From Azolla caroliniana (lineage: Eukaryota > Plantae > Polypodiophyta), in NCBI GenBank assembly GCA_043228905.1, contig JBHGNT010000004.1, forward strand, positions 11,036,001 to 11,100,000: DNA of 64,000 bases, written 5' to 3'. The position numbers were made by a program, and so were the translations under genes. Within the stretch, counting starts at the first letter, position 1. Each line of letters opens with the position of its first letter. Of this stretch, positions 62,490 through 64,000 are shown piece by piece. Below the pieces are notes generated by a model. That model was not told the DNA's origin and made no database searches. It saw nothing but the letters and a program-made list of their open reading frames with translations.

Positions 62490-62498
62490 AGGTGGGCA

Positions 62499-62665
62499 AT
62501 GAAGCTGAGGCTTGCTCTGTCGCGAATAGCTTACGCAGACCCACATTCGTTATCCTCTGCAGACAAGTCTGTTCTCCCCATCCTTGGGCTCGGAAGCCTT
62601 CTCTACGCATCTCTCTGCCTTCTTCGGCAAAAGCTCTATCAATGGGGCGTTTTCAAGTCAGTCAG
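62499..62665 (+). CDS. LPXK: Tetraacyldisaccharide 4'-kinase, exon 1
   Basis: ATG MKLRLALSRIAY...LYQWGVFKSV, GT donor at 62666, phase matches exon 2. Confidence 0.82.
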
Positions 62666-63039
62666 GTCCATTCTCTCTCTTCAGCTCTTCTACAACCAGT
62701 TTTTCACCTTTTCTTTTTCGCCTTTCCATTTTAATTTGTTTTACTGAGGGCACTTCCTTGGCTTAGCCACAAAATATTCAGCTTCTTCTTCATGTTAGCC
62801 AGGCAGTTCATCAGTTCAACTTCCAGCCTTGTTGAACATGGATTATTATTCGAATTCTACAGTTTTTGAGGAACTGAATATCAGAAGTTTTCATTCTTCA
62901 CTAGTCTCCCCTATCTTGTTTTGATGAACTTTTTAAAGACTAATAATATATGGAAGAAAAATTTGGATGCATCCAGAATAACATATTGTGAAATCTATAT
63001 CAGGAAAAAAAATTTGACATCATTTTCAATTTTGTGCAG

Positions 63040-63163
63040 AATGCCTATTCCAGTGATAAGTGTAGGCAACATAACATGGGGCGGAAATGGAAAGACACCT
63101 ATGGTTGAGTATCTTGCTTGGCAGTTTCTAGAATGTGGTATTTCTCCACTTATACTTACGCGG
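63040..63163 (+). CDS. LPXK: Tetraacyldisaccharide 4'-kinase, exon 2
   Basis: tgcag acceptor; PVISVGNITWGGNGKTP P-loop typical of LpxK; GT donor. Confidence 0.93.
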
Positions 63164-63249
63164 GTGAATTATTGGCCCTACTTCTGACAATGTTTTAGTA
63201 TCTTTTTGCATCATTATTAATTTCTCTATTGCTGGGCTTGCTCGTCTAG

Positions 63250-63519
63250 GGCTATGCTGGTGGGGATGAAGGAAGGCTACTTGAGAATCATCTACAAGGA
63301 ACTCCAGCAGTAGTTGGCATAGGTAGTAACAGGGTTAAGACAGCAACAACATTATTTCAGAAACATGGCTTAATGAGCACTGAAGACATAGTTGAAATGG
63401 CATCGAATCTGTGTCCTTATGCGAAGGGAATAGTTTATGATCAATCAAAATCTAAGAGATTATCAACATATGATCAGAATCATGGCATTGGTCTAATTCT
63501 TCTTGATGATGGTATGCAG
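63250..63519 (+). CDS. LPXK: Tetraacyldisaccharide 4'-kinase, exon 3 (gene continues past the window)
   Basis: GYAGGDE and LILLDDGMQ (Walker B) motifs; AG/GT boundaries. Confidence 0.92.
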
Positions 63520-64000
63520 GTATACACTTTTTTATACATTTTACGATATAGTAAACTAGCTGGTGGTGTCTAGTTCCTTTTTGATTTAACACTTGTGATA
63601 TTGGCTGGGATTCAGAAATTTTATGTCAGATGATAGCTTGATTCCACTTTTTTATTGTGTTGTGGAAGAATTCCCTCCTTAGGAAGACACATTAGAATCT
63701 ACTAAGCTGTCTCTTTTGATTTACCCAATGTAACCATGCTTCTACTCATGGAGTTTCTGTTTATCTACGTATCATGATTGTGTCGGAGGGTTGCAGCTCC
63801 AGACCTGCACTCTCTTTCATCTTTATTATCTCTGTACTACATTCTCTCTCTTCCCAAATTCTTTTCTCTCTAGAATTTGCAACTTTTTAAATGCCTTCTC
63901 TCTTTAGAATCTGCAATGCTTTAAATGCCTTTTGTCTCTTCCACTTTTTCCAAGATATTCCCATTTTTTATTTCTAGTTTATTGTACCTGTTTGGTAGTA

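Noticed and set aside
62499-63519. Bacterial contamination or recent horizontal transfer of lpxK
   Set aside because: GT-AG introns are present and plant nuclear LpxK orthologues are established.

Overview
Land-plant genomic DNA, most plausibly a non-seed plant such as a fern or lycophyte (inferred from the TE lineages, not proven). About 62 kb is a deeply nested retrotransposon pile, followed by the first three exons of a nuclear LpxK gene (62499-63519, continuing past the window). The pile holds Tork/Tnt1-like Ty1/copia elements, including one intact, very young copy at 49604-54945 (TSD CCGGA). It also holds chromodomain Ty3/gypsy elements, non-chromovirus Ty3/gypsy elements with a long accessory ORF, pol-less tRNA-Trp-primed elements, solo LTRs, a LINE fragment and a tRNA-Thr(AGT)-derived tandem array. 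The main unusual signal: in four separate non-chromovirus gypsy copies the polypurine tract before the 3' LTR is replaced by a conserved stem-loop ending in a tRNA-Arg-like 3' end (GTCCCACAGGCGTGCCA), i.e. an inverted second primer-binding site. Other highlights: four insertions with 4-bp RCGY (CpG-centred) TSDs, a CRISPR-like palindrome/spacer array in a chromovirus leader, and a TSD-supported inversion that splits two nested copia elements. All coordinates and alignments were read by eye.
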